Shown piece after piece: positions 37,952 through 46,831 of a DNA stretch of 54,625 nucleotides. Position 1 is the stretch's first letter, and each line of letters opens with the position of its first letter. Origin of the DNA: Candidatus Flemingiibacterium sp. (GTDB lineage Bacteria; Bacillota; Clostridia; Oscillospirales; CAG-272); the NCBI GenBank assembly GCA_045579105.1, contig JAZNLM010000109.1:1-54625 (forward strand), given 5' to 3'. The notes below the pieces were generated by a model. The model was not told where the DNA came from, did no database searches, and was given only the letters and a program-made list of their open reading frames with translations. The translations under genes and the position numbers were made by a program.

Positions 37952-38863
37952 TTACTGACCGGAGGTGAGCTTTGCAACTTCCTCAGCGAGATTGTCCTCA
38001 CGCTTCTGGAGGCCTTCGCCCTTCTCATACTTAACAAAGCTTGCGATCTTGATGCCCTTGTTAACAGATGCAATATACTTTGCAACAGACATGGAATCAT
38101 CCTTAACATAAGCCTGTTCAGCAAGGCAGTTGTTCTCGTAGAACTTGCCGAGCTTACCCATTACAATGCCTTCCTTAACCTTATCAGGCTTGGATGCAAG
38201 ATTGGGGTCGTTAGCCATCTGATTGAGAAGAACTTCCTTTTCCTCATCAAGAGCGGACTGGGGAACGTCGGACTTGTTAGCATAAGTTGCGTTCATGGCA
38301 GCAGCCTGAAGAGCTACGTTATGAGCACACTCAACAAATGCAGCATCGTCTGCAGCAACGCCGTCGAGGTCGAACTTAACGATAACGCCGGTGGAACCGC
38401 CGCCGTGTACGTAGGTGGAAACTGCGCCCTCTACGATAACGAAACGACGAATGGTGAGCTTCTCACCAATAACGAAGATCTGCTCCTTGAGAGCTGCTTC
38501 AACGCTCTGGTCGCCGAGAGTGCATGCCATAAGAGCATCAACGTCAGCGGGCTTGTTAGCGAGGATGGTTTCGAGAAGCTGATCAACGAATGCCTGGAAC
38601 TTTTCGTTCTTTGCAACGAAGTCAGACTCGGAGTTAACCTCGATCATTGCAGCGAGGTCGCCCTTCTGCATGATCTTAACGATACCCTCTGCAGCGATTC
38701 TGTCAGCCTTCTTTGCGGCACCTGCAAGACCACGCTCACGAAGAACCTTTACAGCCTCGTCAATATTGCCTTCTGCTTCAACGAGTGCCTTTTTGCACTC
38801 CATCATGCCGCAACCGGTCTTAGCGCGGAGAGCGGCAACGTCTTTTGCGGAAATGTTAGCCAT
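37952..38863 (-). CDS. tsf: translation elongation factor Ts
   Basis: The sequence MANISAKDVAALRAKTGCGMMECKKALVEAEGNIDEAVKVLRERG is the UBA-like N-terminus of EF-Ts. The protein is 303 aa. Confidence 0.93.
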   Translation of the reverse strand: MANISAKDVAALRAKTGCGMMECKKALVEAEGNIDEAVKVLRERGLAGAAKKADRIAAEGIVKIMQKGDLAAMIEVNSESDFVAKNEKFQAFVDQLLETILANKPADVDALMACTLGDQSVEAALKEQIFVIGEKLTIRRFVIVEGAVSTYVHGGGSTGVIVKFDLDGVAADDAAFVECAHNVALQAAAMNATYANKSDVPQSALDEEKEVLLNQMANDPNLASKPDKVKEGIVMGKLGKFYENNCLAEQAYVKDDSMSVAKYIASVNKGIKIASFVKYEKGEGLQKREDNLAEEVAKLTSGQ

Positions 38864-38899
38864 TTTTATGCTTCCTTTCGTATAAGATCGTTTATTTGA

Positions 38900-39634
38900 T
38901 TATTCAGCGTCTGCTTCTGCAGTTTCTTCAGCTGCAGCCTCAGTGGTCTGCTCGCCCTGTCTGCCCTCAAGAATAGCATCTGCGATGGCAGAGGAGATGA
39001 GCTTGATAGCGCGGATAGCGTCATCGTTACCGGGGATGATATAGTCAGCATCGTCAGGATCGCAGTTAGTGTCTACGATAGCAACAACCGGAATACCAAG
39101 CTTCTTTGCTTCGAGAACAGCGATGTGCTCCTTGCGAGGGTCAACTATGAATACTGCATCGGGAAGTCTATCCATAGTCTTGATACCGCCGTAGTTGCGC
39201 TCAAGATCGTTCATTTCCTTAAGAAGACCTGCAACTTCCTTCTTGGGAAGGAGATCGAAGGTACCGTCAGCCTGCATCTTTTCAAGAGCGATAAGACGGT
39301 TGATGGACTTCTTGATAGTCTTAAAGTTGGTGAGCATACCGCCGGGCCATCTCTCGTTTACATAGTACATACCGGAACGGTCAGCCTCTTCCTTGATAGC
39401 GTCAGCAGCCTGCTTCTTGGTACCAACGAAGAGCACGGTGCCCTTCTCAGTAGAGAGATCACGAACGAAGGCATAAGCCTCGTCAAACTTCTTAACGGTC
39501 TTCTGAAGGTCAATGATATAGATACCGTTTCTTTCAGTGAAGATGTACTCAGCCATCTTCGGGTTCCATCTTCTCGTGTGGTGACCGAAGTGAACACCGG
39601 CCTCGAGAAGCTGCTTAATGGTGATAACAGACAT
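38900..39634 (-). CDS. rpsB: 30S ribosomal protein S2
   Basis: The sequence begins [27 protein letters not shown]. The start at 39634 has AAGGAGGA upstream. The track ORF extends to 39694. The C-terminal tail is acidic. Confidence 0.93.
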   Translation of the reverse strand: MSVITIKQLLEAGVHFGHHTRRWNPKMAEYIFTERNGIYIIDLQKTVKKFDEAYAFVRDLSTEKGTVLFVGTKKQAADAIKEEADRSGMYYVNERWPGGMLTNFKTIKKSINRLIALEKMQADGTFDLLPKKEVAGLLKEMNDLERNYGGIKTMDRLPDAVFIVDPRKEHIAVLEAKKLGIPVVAIVDTNCDPDDADYIIPGNDDAIRAIKLISSAIADAILEGRQGEQTTEAAAEETAEADAE

Positions 39635-39772
39635 ATTTATGTCCTCCTTTAGTTTTTTCCACCACCTACGCATATTCGGGAAACTTGCAAGCAAGAACTT
39701 CCGACCTCACGCGGTGTGTGTTATCGCGGCTGTATTTTGTTTATCAACGTCGCCGCAGTCGCTGACCGAATT

Positions 39773-39801
39773 ATTATACCACAATATCTATAATATTGCA
39801 A
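39773..39801 (-). promoter_or_regulatory. sigma-A-type promoter of rpsB-tsf
   Basis: The minus strand reads TTGCAA-17 nt-TATAAT, leaving a ~130 nt leader. Confidence 0.45.
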
Positions 39802-39995
39802 GAGCGTTTACAAATATTTTACATTTGAGTCTGCTCACTATGTGAAATTACACATAAAAAAATTCAAAAACATTGACAAATGTGTTTCTTTACGCATAAT
39901 TGGCATGCAGCAAAATATTTATTCATAAAGCGGGATAAGTGATTATCTGTTAAAAATATTGTAATCAGAATAAGTGAAATAAAAAGAGCATTGGA

Positions 39996-40271
39996 ATGAA
40001 AATTGCTCATAAAATTCAAAACGCTCGTGAGGACCTCGATCTTTCCCTGAGAGAAATGGCAACTCTCATACCAATGCACCAGTAAAACGATCCTAGAGGA
40101 TTGAGCGTGATTATCAAGAGTCCAATATAGAACAGCTTCTCAGAAATTGTCAGATACTGAAGATAGATCAAAATACCTGCTGAACTTGACAAATTTGTGG
40201 GAGTATCTTCAGAGGGCCTTAAATTACTTTCTGACATAAAGACTTTTATTGAAAAACATTCAAATAATTAA
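39996..40271 (+). pseudogene. XRE-family HTH regulator, disrupted by frameshifts and stops
   Basis: MKIAHKIQNAREDLDLSLREMATLIPMHQ* continues in another frame as ..RIERDYQESNIEQLLRNCQILKIDQNT. A third frame then gives IPAELDKFVGVSSEGLKLLSDIKTFIEKHSNN*. Together these parts reconstitute an ~90 aa Cro/C1-type protein. TTGACA-17-ATAATT lies upstream and a terminator lies downstream. Confidence 0.65.
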
Positions 40272-40300
40272 AAAACGCAGGAATTTTCCTGCGTTTTTTA
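40270..40300. terminator. bidirectional intrinsic terminator
   Basis: The hairpin AACGCAGGAA-tt-TTCCTGCGTT is flanked by A and T runs. Confidence 0.8.
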
Positions 40301-40591
40301 ACAATCACATTTATCCTTACAGCGCTGAGGTATAGCCTCGACACAGCGTACAAGAATGATATCTGCACCAATCTTCTCAATATCACACCAGAGGATACGT
40401 ATAGTCGCGCATTTGCCAAACGAAAAAAGCTTCACCTCAGACGGCACTATAAGCGAAACGACACGTCCACAATCGAGGTCTATTTCAACGTCAGATACGT
40501 ACCCCAACCGACAGCCGTCCATTATATTTACAACCTCTTTATTTTTAAGATCCGATAAACTGCATATACGCAAAGCGCTCACCTCCGACAC
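40298..40591 (-). CDS. YlmC/YmxH-family sporulation protein (PRC-barrel)
   Basis: This 97 aa protein has the motifs LSDLKNKEVVNIMDGCRLGYVSDVEIDLDCGRVVSLIVP...ILWCDIEKIGADIILV, plus a Cys-rich tail. Confidence 0.8.
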   Translation of the reverse strand: MSEVSALRICSLSDLKNKEVVNIMDGCRLGYVSDVEIDLDCGRVVSLIVPSEVKLFSFGKCATIRILWCDIEKIGADIILVRCVEAIPQRCKDKCDC

Positions 40592-40619
40592 ATTATATGC
40601 CGCGGTAAGCGCCTTTATG

Positions 40620-41117
40620 TTATCTGTTATCTATCTTTTCGGGATAGAGATCATGCCAGACAAGTCTGTCCTCTGCAACCTTTTCCCACTTTGTACCAGT
40701 CCGCCCGTAATTTGCGTACGGGTCAATGGAAATACCGCCGCGTGGCGTGAATTTTCCCCAAACCTCGATGTATTTGGGATCCATAAGCTTCACGAGATCG
40801 TTAACAATAATATTAACGCAGTCCTCGTGGAAATCGCCGTGATTACGAAAGCTGAAAAGATACAGCTTAAGCGACTTTGACTCTACCATTTTCACGTCGG
40901 GAACGTATGATATAGTTATCGTTGCAAAATCAGGCTGTCCTGTCATCGGACAAAGGCTTGTAAATTCTGGACAGTTAAATTTTACAAAATAATCACGGTC
41001 CTGATGCTTATTTATGAATGTTTCAAGCATTTCGGGCGCATAATCGGTAGGATACTTCGTCCCCGCGCTGCCAAGCTTGGTAACGCCCACGAGTTCTTCT
41101 TTAGTTCTTCCCTGCAT
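40620..41117 (-). CDS. queF: NADPH-dependent 7-cyano-7-deazaguanine (preQ0) reductase
   Basis: This 165 aa unimodular type has the motifs [46 protein letters not shown]. Confidence 0.92.
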   Translation of the reverse strand: MQGRTKEELVGVTKLGSAGTKYPTDYAPEMLETFINKHQDRDYFVKFNCPEFTSLCPMTGQPDFATITISYVPDVKMVESKSLKLYLFSFRNHGDFHEDCVNIIVNDLVKLMDPKYIEVWGKFTPRGGISIDPYANYGRTGTKWEKVAEDRLVWHDLYPEKIDNR

Positions 41118-41128
41118 ATCTTTACTCC

Positions 41129-41620
41129 TTAAAAGAATTTCTTAATATTGTATCTCGCCATAACTGCGACCATCGCAGCGCCCACAGCACCGGGAACTAT
41201 CTGACCGATAACAAGTGAAATAGCAAGCGGCAAATACGCCATTCCAAGTGCCGGCGCAAGCCACACCGGAACTAAAAGTCCCGGAATAAGCGTTACGGGA
41301 AGTGCGACAAGCAAACGGTGTCCGCGAAACCTAAGTTTACCGATAAGAGCGCACGTTCCGGTGGTCAGTATACCCGCGAGTGCCCCTCCTAGCACGTCGA
41401 ATACGCCAAATCCACCCATAATCATATTGGATATAGCATTTGCGAGTCCCATAGGCACAGTCAGGAACGGGAAAAAGTAGCCAAGAGAATAAATTGCTGT
41501 CGCAATGCGTATCTGGTACGCACCGAAAGCAAACGACTGTGTGAAATACATCACGACGCAGTAAAGCGCCATACACATCGCGGCGAGAGTTAATTTTTTG
41601 AGTGCGGTATGCGTTTTCAT
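41129..41620 (-). CDS. queT: QueT-family queuosine-precursor transporter (ECF S-component-like)
   Basis: This 163 aa protein has about 5 TM segments. It lies immediately downstream of a preQ1-I riboswitch and upstream of queF. Confidence 0.8.
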   Translation of the reverse strand: MKTHTALKKLTLAAMCMALYCVVMYFTQSFAFGAYQIRIATAIYSLGYFFPFLTVPMGLANAISNMIMGGFGVFDVLGGALAGILTTGTCALIGKLRFRGHRLLVALPVTLIPGLLVPVWLAPALGMAYLPLAISLVIGQIVPGAVGAAMVAVMARYNIKKFF

Positions 41621-41649
41621 AGTTTACTCCAAACATAACAGCACAACCA

Positions 41650-41740
41650 CAAAAAAAATCCGCCCACTATGGCGGACGGGCGCAAAAGCGCTTATTCCAT
41701 AGTTTTGTTTAACGACAGGATGGTTGCGAACTGTCTTTAT
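41650..41740 (-). promoter_or_regulatory. preQ1-I riboswitch with expression-platform terminator
   Basis: The minus strand reads GACAG-TTCGCAACCATC-CTGTC-GTTAAACAAAACTATGG. That is a 5-bp P1 stem, a loop and an A-rich tail ending in ..AAAACUA, as in the preQ1-I consensus AGAGGUUCUAGCUACACCCUCUAUAAAAAACUAAGG. It is followed by TCCGCC-atagtg-GGCGGA plus U8. Confidence 0.8.
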
Positions 41741-41752
41741 TTTTTCGTGACT

Positions 41753-41781
41753 ATTATACATCAAAAATCACGGTTTGTCAA
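41753..41781 (-). promoter_or_regulatory. sigma-A-type promoter of riboswitch-queT-queF
   Basis: The minus strand reads TTGACA-17 nt-TATAAT. Confidence 0.55.
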
Positions 41782-41814
41782 GAGTGAATACTCAAAATAA
41801 AAAGCAGGGGTTTA

Positions 41815-42834
41815 TCACCCCTGCACAAATCTTGCTGATACCTCGTCAAAGCGAGAGTGCTCTATCATACGGAATAGCTTCGCAGTTACGTCAACGAAAT
41901 TATCAATCGACCATCCGTGTACTCCAAGATACGCTTCTGTAACATACTTATGAAGCGCACGTACTGCCACAAGTGCGGCAAGCTCATCCGCAAAAGTTGA
42001 GCCTTCAAACGACCGCGGGAATGCCTTGTAGAAAATATGGTTAATAAGCATCTTTTCAAGATAAATGTCCATTTTCGGCACGCCGTCAAGCTCGAAGCGC
42101 GATATATCAGAGCTGTCAGCGTAGTACGCCGCAACGTCATCATCAAGCTCGGCAAGTGAGCCGCTTGATTTGAGTACGCGTGCATAAAGCTCCGCCGCCT
42201 TGTCAGTAGACATTATAAAATACGGCAAAGTGATACAAAGTTTCTTCGCAAGGTTCTCTATACGCTCGTCAATTGTGAACGTTCGGTCGGATATTGTCGA
42301 AAAAGCGAGTTCGCGCATAGCTGTATACTCACTCACATCCATAGAAGCCGCAGCAGGAGTATCGTACTCTTCGTCGTATACCTCTATCTCGCGGCTGATA
42401 AATCGCACAGATTCATCGTCCCGATATAAAAGCTCAAGCGTGTATTCACAGCTCGTCGAGGTACAGCATTCGTGTATCGGCGCGACACGAACACAGCGCG
42501 GATAGCGACGGCATATAGTAGGTATTGCATACTCGCCAAGCTCACGGTGAAGGCAGCAAAGACCCTCGTCATTCTGAAGCGGACACTTGCCTAGCCAATT
42601 ATATGAAATTAGTGCAAAGCGCTCCGGTGTGGGCGCAGGATTGGTCGCAGGCTTGAATGCAACGTCGACACGGCGGCGAAGGTTGGGCGAATAGTCAGCG
42701 CCCGTTATTCGGAAGTATTCGTCCTGCGAAAGCGCAATGCCCCACCCGTGACAGCAGGTAGCACGGCAGTCTCCGCATTTGCAAACAAAATCAGTCCAAT
42801 ATTCTGGGAAGAAAAAACGGTGTTTATATGACAT
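41815..42834 (-). CDS. Cys-rich FliB-like protein (flagellin lysine-N-methylase family / CxxCxxxCC cluster)
   Basis: FVCKCGDCRATCCHGWGIALSQDEYFRI and GKCPLQNDEGLCCLHRELGEYAIPTICRRYPRC parallel Salmonella FliB FSCSGSACRDHCCKGWKVMLDK and GNCPYLEENRLCRVQ..TCSTFPR. I prefer the ATG at 42834 but it has no clear RBS. The track ORF extends to 42909. Confidence 0.55.
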   Translation of the reverse strand: MSYKHRFFFPEYWTDFVCKCGDCRATCCHGWGIALSQDEYFRITGADYSPNLRRRVDVAFKPATNPAPTPERFALISYNWLGKCPLQNDEGLCCLHRELGEYAIPTICRRYPRCVRVAPIHECCTSTSCEYTLELLYRDDESVRFISREIEVYDEEYDTPAAASMDVSEYTAMRELAFSTISDRTFTIDERIENLAKKLCITLPYFIMSTDKAAELYARVLKSSGSLAELDDDVAAYYADSSDISRFELDGVPKMDIYLEKMLINHIFYKAFPRSFEGSTFADELAALVAVRALHKYVTEAYLGVHGWSIDNFVDVTAKLFRMIEHSRFDEVSARFVQG

Positions 42835-43184
42835 ATAAAGGTCGCATTCCTTTGCATCGTATTTACGATATAATTGTACCACAAAATATTCCCACAGCAC
42901 AATTCGCAAAATAGAAAAAATAACTGCGGATAAAAAAATATTTTTTTGTATATTTTTTATCCACTATTGCATTTCTTTGCAATCGAAAATGCATTTTTGC
43001 AATTTTCTGCAAGCGTTCTTGCAAGAACCAAGATTTTCAACGTAAATATAATACAATACAAGTACCGTATGGCGATTGTAAAGTCGGTAATATCACCAAA
43101 TCTTGTAAAATCATATTTTTTTCCTCTTTCTCTATTGCTTTTTCTGGATTTATGTGATAGAATATAATTTGGTGAATTAAAAAT

Positions 43185-43201
43185 ATTTGCAACTTGCAAA
43201 T
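43185..43201. promoter_or_regulatory. perfect 8+1+8 palindrome ATTTGCAA-C-TTGCAAAT (candidate operator)
   Basis: The palindrome is seen directly in the sequence. It lies between a putative extended -10 promoter (TTGCTT..TGaTAGAAT, ~43135-43162) and the RBS/ATG at 43232. Confidence 0.4.
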
Positions 43202-43231
43202 CGCAAAATTGCATTTTCGAAGGAGTACAGT

Positions 43232-44500
43232 ATGCAGTTCTTATCTATGACACGTACCGAGCTTGAAGCAAAAAAGGCGGAACTCGTCAACGAATACGAA
43301 AAGGTAAAGTCAAGCGCTCTGTCACTTGATATGTCGCGCGGTAAACCCTGCCGTGCACAAATAGATATATGTGAGGGGATGCTCACCGCGCTTGAAACGC
43401 GTGCTGACACTTTCACCGAAGCCGGTGTAGACGTTTGTAATTATGGGGGATTAGACGGTATTCCCGAAGCCAAGAAGCTCTTCTCTGACCTTCTCGGTAT
43501 TCCTGCCAGAAACATCATCGTGGGGGGCAACTCCAGTCTTAACTTAATGTACGATGCACTTTCGCGTGCGCTTATTTACGGCGTTGCCGGCGGCAACGGT
43601 CCCTGGTTAAAGGACGAAAAACGTAAATTTCTGTGCCCCTGCCCGGGATATGACCGTCACTTTGCTGTGACCGAGTCACTCGGTTTTGAGCTTGTAAGCG
43701 TTCCTATGACCTCAAGCGGCCCTGATATGGATGTTGTTGAAGCGCTTATAAAGGACGATAGCGTTAAGGGAATTTGGTGTGTTCCTAAATATTCAAATCC
43801 AGAGGGAATCACCTACAGCGACGATACAGTTCGCCGTCTTGCTGCAATGAAGCCAGCGGCAAAGGATTTTCGCATTATGTGGGATAACGCATATGCAATA
43901 CATGATATCTACGACGATGGCGACAAGCTTCTCGACATCTTCACTGAAGCCAAGAAGTCCGGTAATGAAGATATGATATTCTATTTTGCATCCACCTCAA
44001 AGATAAGCTTCCCGGGTGCAGGCGTAGCAATAATAGCGGCAAGCGATGCGAATATCGCACAGGTAAAATCTATAATGAGTATTCAGACCATCGGCCACGA
44101 CAAGATCAATATGCTCCGTCACGTGAAATACTTCAAGAATGCCGAGGGCGTACTCGCACATATGAAGCGCCACGCGAATATCATTCGCCCTAAGTTTGAT
44201 ATTGTACTCGATTCTTTCTCACGTGAACTTGACGGTATCGCAAAATGGACTTGTCCTAAGGGCGGCTACTTTATAAGCCTTAACGTACCTGAAGGCACAG
44301 CAAAGCGCGTTTACACGCTCTGCAAAGAAGCAGGTCTTGTCCTGACTAACGTTGGTGCAACCTTCCCCTACGGTGTTGACCCAAAAGACAGCAACCTTCG
44401 AATCTCGCCAACTTTCCCCAAAAACGAAGATCTCAAAAAAGCATGCGACGTGCTTTGTCTTTGTGTAAAGCTTGCTGCAGTTGAAAAAGCTCTTGGTTAA
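43232..44500 (+). CDS. PLP-dependent aminotransferase (class I/II fold)
   Basis: AAGGAG lies 8 nt before the ATG at 43232. There is a Lys-containing motif, [15 protein letters not shown]. The product is ~422 aa, and substrate specificity cannot be determined from sequence. Confidence 0.75.
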   Translation: MQFLSMTRTELEAKKAELVNEYEKVKSSALSLDMSRGKPCRAQIDICEGMLTALETRADTFTEAGVDVCNYGGLDGIPEAKKLFSDLLGIPARNIIVGGNSSLNLMYDALSRALIYGVAGGNGPWLKDEKRKFLCPCPGYDRHFAVTESLGFELVSVPMTSSGPDMDVVEALIKDDSVKGIWCVPKYSNPEGITYSDDTVRRLAAMKPAAKDFRIMWDNAYAIHDIYDDGDKLLDIFTEAKKSGNEDMIFYFASTSKISFPGAGVAIIAASDANIAQVKSIMSIQTIGHDKINMLRHVKYFKNAEGVLAHMKRHANIIRPKFDIVLDSFSRELDGIAKWTCPKGGYFISLNVPEGTAKRVYTLCKEAGLVLTNVGATFPYGVDPKDSNLRISPTFPKNEDLKKACDVLCLCVKLAAVEKALG

Positions 44501-44504
44501 TTTA

Positions 44505-44538
44505 CAAAAAAATCCATCGGAATCCGATGGATTTTTTA
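44505..44538. terminator. bidirectional intrinsic terminator
   Basis: The hairpin AATCCATCGGA-at-CCGATGGATT is flanked by A7 and T6 runs between convergent genes. Confidence 0.8.
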
Positions 44539-44540
44539 TT

Positions 44541-45446
44541 TTATTTTTTAATAGTTTTGCGGTGATCCCAAAAATACTGAATAATTATGCCGCCCACGAT
44601 AAATATAAGTGCAACAAGTGCTCTTAATTTTATCGGTTCTCCAAGCAGGAAAAACGCAACTATAATAGACAAGAACGGGGTGAGATATGCTAAATTTGCA
44701 ACCTTTCCACTGTCGCTAGCCTTTTCAAGACCGATCGCCCAAAGTAAATATCCGAGCGCCATGACTACTATACCAAGCCACACAAGACCGATAAGCTGCT
44801 TTAAGTTGAGAGGAACCCATGTTTCCGCAAAAAGTCCTGCAGCCGCTGAAGATATAGCCGTTACAAGCCAAATTACCATCATAGCAATATTCTGATTATA
44901 TCCGGCCTTTTTGTTAAGCACGGAGAAAAGTCCATAGCATACAGCATTTATAATTGTCGCGACAATTCCCAAAATAGCGCCTTGTCCGCCGCTTCCAATA
45001 GAATCGAGCGAAAGTATGACTATTCCGAGAAATGAGCAAACTATCGCAACAACCTTCATAACTGTAATCTTCTCGTGTAGTATAATGCAAGAAAAAATAA
45101 GTATCATTATCGGCCAGAGATAGTTAAGTATGCATGCTTCTTGCGAGGTCATTTTAGATATTCCGTAATAATACAACGCATTTGACATAAACATTCCGAT
45201 AAATCCAAGTCCGCTTATTTTAAAATAATCGCGAGGCTTGTACTGCGTCATCTTTTTAACCGATCCGTTAGCGATATTGTACACAAGAAGGAATAAAAAA
45301 CCAACGAAGGCGGACACTGAAAGTACTTCAAAATTCGGCACTTCATTAAGTACCACTTTTGCAACCGGCGCAAGTGTTGACCACACAAGCACAGCGCCAA
45401 GCGAATATAAAATATTCTTATTCATTATTTTAACTTTAACCTCCAA
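44541..45446 (-). CDS. DMT superfamily transporter (two EamA domains)
   Basis: This 301 aa protein has 10 predicted TM helices in a duplicated 5+5 arrangement. The start could be an internal ATG (MNKNILYS..). Confidence 0.8.
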   Translation of the reverse strand: MEVKVKIMNKNILYSLGAVLVWSTLAPVAKVVLNEVPNFEVLSVSAFVGFLFLLVYNIANGSVKKMTQYKPRDYFKISGLGFIGMFMSNALYYYGISKMTSQEACILNYLWPIMILIFSCIILHEKITVMKVVAIVCSFLGIVILSLDSIGSGGQGAILGIVATIINAVCYGLFSVLNKKAGYNQNIAMMVIWLVTAISSAAAGLFAETWVPLNLKQLIGLVWLGIVVMALGYLLWAIGLEKASDSGKVANLAYLTPFLSIIVAFFLLGEPIKLRALVALIFIVGGIIIQYFWDHRKTIKK

Positions 45447-45447
45447 A

Positions 45448-46755
45448 TTACATATAGCACGTTACTATATAACCGTCCACGTTGTTTCCGGAAATCTCGT
45501 ATTCCACATATTTTGGCACAGGAACCTTTGTTGTGCTCGATTCACTCGCCGGAACAAAATAAATTTCCCATGATTTCCCTTCGTCATCAGTTATAGCCAG
45601 ATGCTTTTCGCCGTATTCAAATCCACGCAGAAGCGCTATGTACTCCTCAAAGCAAAGATTTTCTTTGACCATATAGTAGGCATGCGGTTTGCCCACGAAA
45701 CGGTAATGCCAACTCTCATAGGCAATACCCGTCACATCTACCTTATCGGCCGGATAACGCTGAATAAATCCGTATTTGTAGCTATTTGCGTGGAGCCACT
45801 CGGGATATTCAGGCTTATCGTCAAAGGTGTAGGATTCGCCTTTATCCGTGTATATAGTGAAGTCTATAGCAAGTCCAGTATGGTGTTCGCTGTACCCGGG
45901 CAGACCTACATATTTTTCAACGTACTCAGCGCCTTTTGTCGTAAGGTAATAATCGAGTATCTTCTGTTGATCTTCTTTAGTTCGGAAAGCAGAGTTCACA
46001 AGAACATCACCTGTCCCCATATGTGCCTTAATGGCATCCATCATTTTATCGCACCAGCTCATCGCATACTTGTCGAGCTTATAGCTGCCGCCCAGCTTAT
46101 ATGAACCACTCATATTCCCACGAAAATCCTGTATGGTAAAGCCACCATCAAAGTTATATTCGTTGTCGCCGTTTATGAGCAGTAAATATCCCCGGTGCAC
46201 GTCCGCCTCGGTCATAACCGAATACTGATACTTTGGATCAAGCTGCGTTTCTGGCGGTGATGTTGCGATAGGCTCGGTGGTGTCTGTCGTAATATCTGAC
46301 GTATCCGTGCTGTCGATTATTCCGATGTTCATATCGGTTCCGCTCGGCGTTGTATTACTGCCGACTCCGATATTTCCCATAGCACATCTTGCGCAAAAAA
46401 TTATAACCGATATGAGTAGCATGAAGAGTATTGCTGCCACGAGCACGACAAATCCTGCAGCTTTGTGCGTCTGAGCCCTTGATTTATGTTGCACGGGCGG
46501 ATAATTGCTTCCACTTTGCCGCTCATGGTACCGATACTGTCCGTCTGATTGGGCTACTGTACGGTACGGCTGTTGCTGCACACGCTGTTGCTGCACACGC
46601 TGTTGTTGCACACGTTGTTGTGGATGACTGCTGTGCAGTTGTCCCCTGCCGTTTTCTAGATTCGGATTAGTACGGCTGTTTGGTACAGGCGTATTGGTGC
46701 CGCGCCCATTATTTTGTCCGCTATGCTGAGGACGGTTATTATAGGGGTTATTCAT
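45448..46755 (-). CDS. membrane-anchored M15B (VanY-like) D-Ala-D-Ala carboxypeptidase with Gln-rich N-terminal tail
   Basis: The catalytic motifs are SAFRTKEDQ, GYSEHHTGLAIDF and ESWHYRFVG. There is a single TM helix (GFVVLVAAILFMLLISVIIF). The N-terminus is low complexity and contains (QQRVQ)n. Confidence 0.8.
   Translation of the reverse strand: MNNPYNNRPQHSGQNNGRGTNTPVPNSRTNPNLENGRGQLHSSHPQQRVQQQRVQQQRVQQQPYRTVAQSDGQYRYHERQSGSNYPPVQHKSRAQTHKAAGFVVLVAAILFMLLISVIIFCARCAMGNIGVGSNTTPSGTDMNIGIIDSTDTSDITTDTTEPIATSPPETQLDPKYQYSVMTEADVHRGYLLLINGDNEYNFDGGFTIQDFRGNMSGSYKLGGSYKLDKYAMSWCDKMMDAIKAHMGTGDVLVNSAFRTKEDQQKILDYYLTTKGAEYVEKYVGLPGYSEHHTGLAIDFTIYTDKGESYTFDDKPEYPEWLHANSYKYGFIQRYPADKVDVTGIAYESWHYRFVGKPHAYYMVKENLCFEEYIALLRGFEYGEKHLAITDDEGKSWEIYFVPASESSTTKVPVPKYVEYEISGNNVDGYIVTCYM
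46569..46620. repeat. 15-bp tandem repeat x3 (+partial) inside the M15 peptidase gene
   Basis: GCTGTTGCTGCACAC / GCTGTTGCTGCACAC / GCTGTTGTTGCACAC / GTTGTTGTGG.. on the + strand encodes the QQRVQ repeats on the minus strand. Confidence 0.85.
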
Positions 46756-46785
46756 ACAAATCTCCCAATATATTACTGATATCCG

Positions 46786-46818
46786 AGAAAAATAGGGAAC
46801 ACCATATCGGCGTTCCCC
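46786..46818 (-). terminator. intrinsic terminator after pnp
   Basis: The minus-strand hairpin GGGAACGCC-gatatg-GTGTTCCC is followed by TATTTTTCT. Confidence 0.65.
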
Positions 46819-46831
46819 ATAAAAGGTTCAA

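Noticed and set aside
42946-43214. Two overlapping small ORFs (73 aa on +, 85 aa on -) in the spacer upstream of the aminotransferase
   Set aside because: They lie in AT-rich sequence, have no Shine-Dalgarno sequence, and have an implausible Phe/Ile/Lys/Asn-rich composition. The region is better explained as regulatory DNA (the TTGCA array).
43186-43215. CcpA cre site or CodY box within the TTGCAA-rich sequence
   Set aside because: Aligning TTGCAAATCGCAAAAT to the cre consensus WTGNAANCGNWNNCW puts the central CG one position out of register. AATTTTCTGCAAGCG matches only the first half of the CodY box AATTTTCWGAAAATT.
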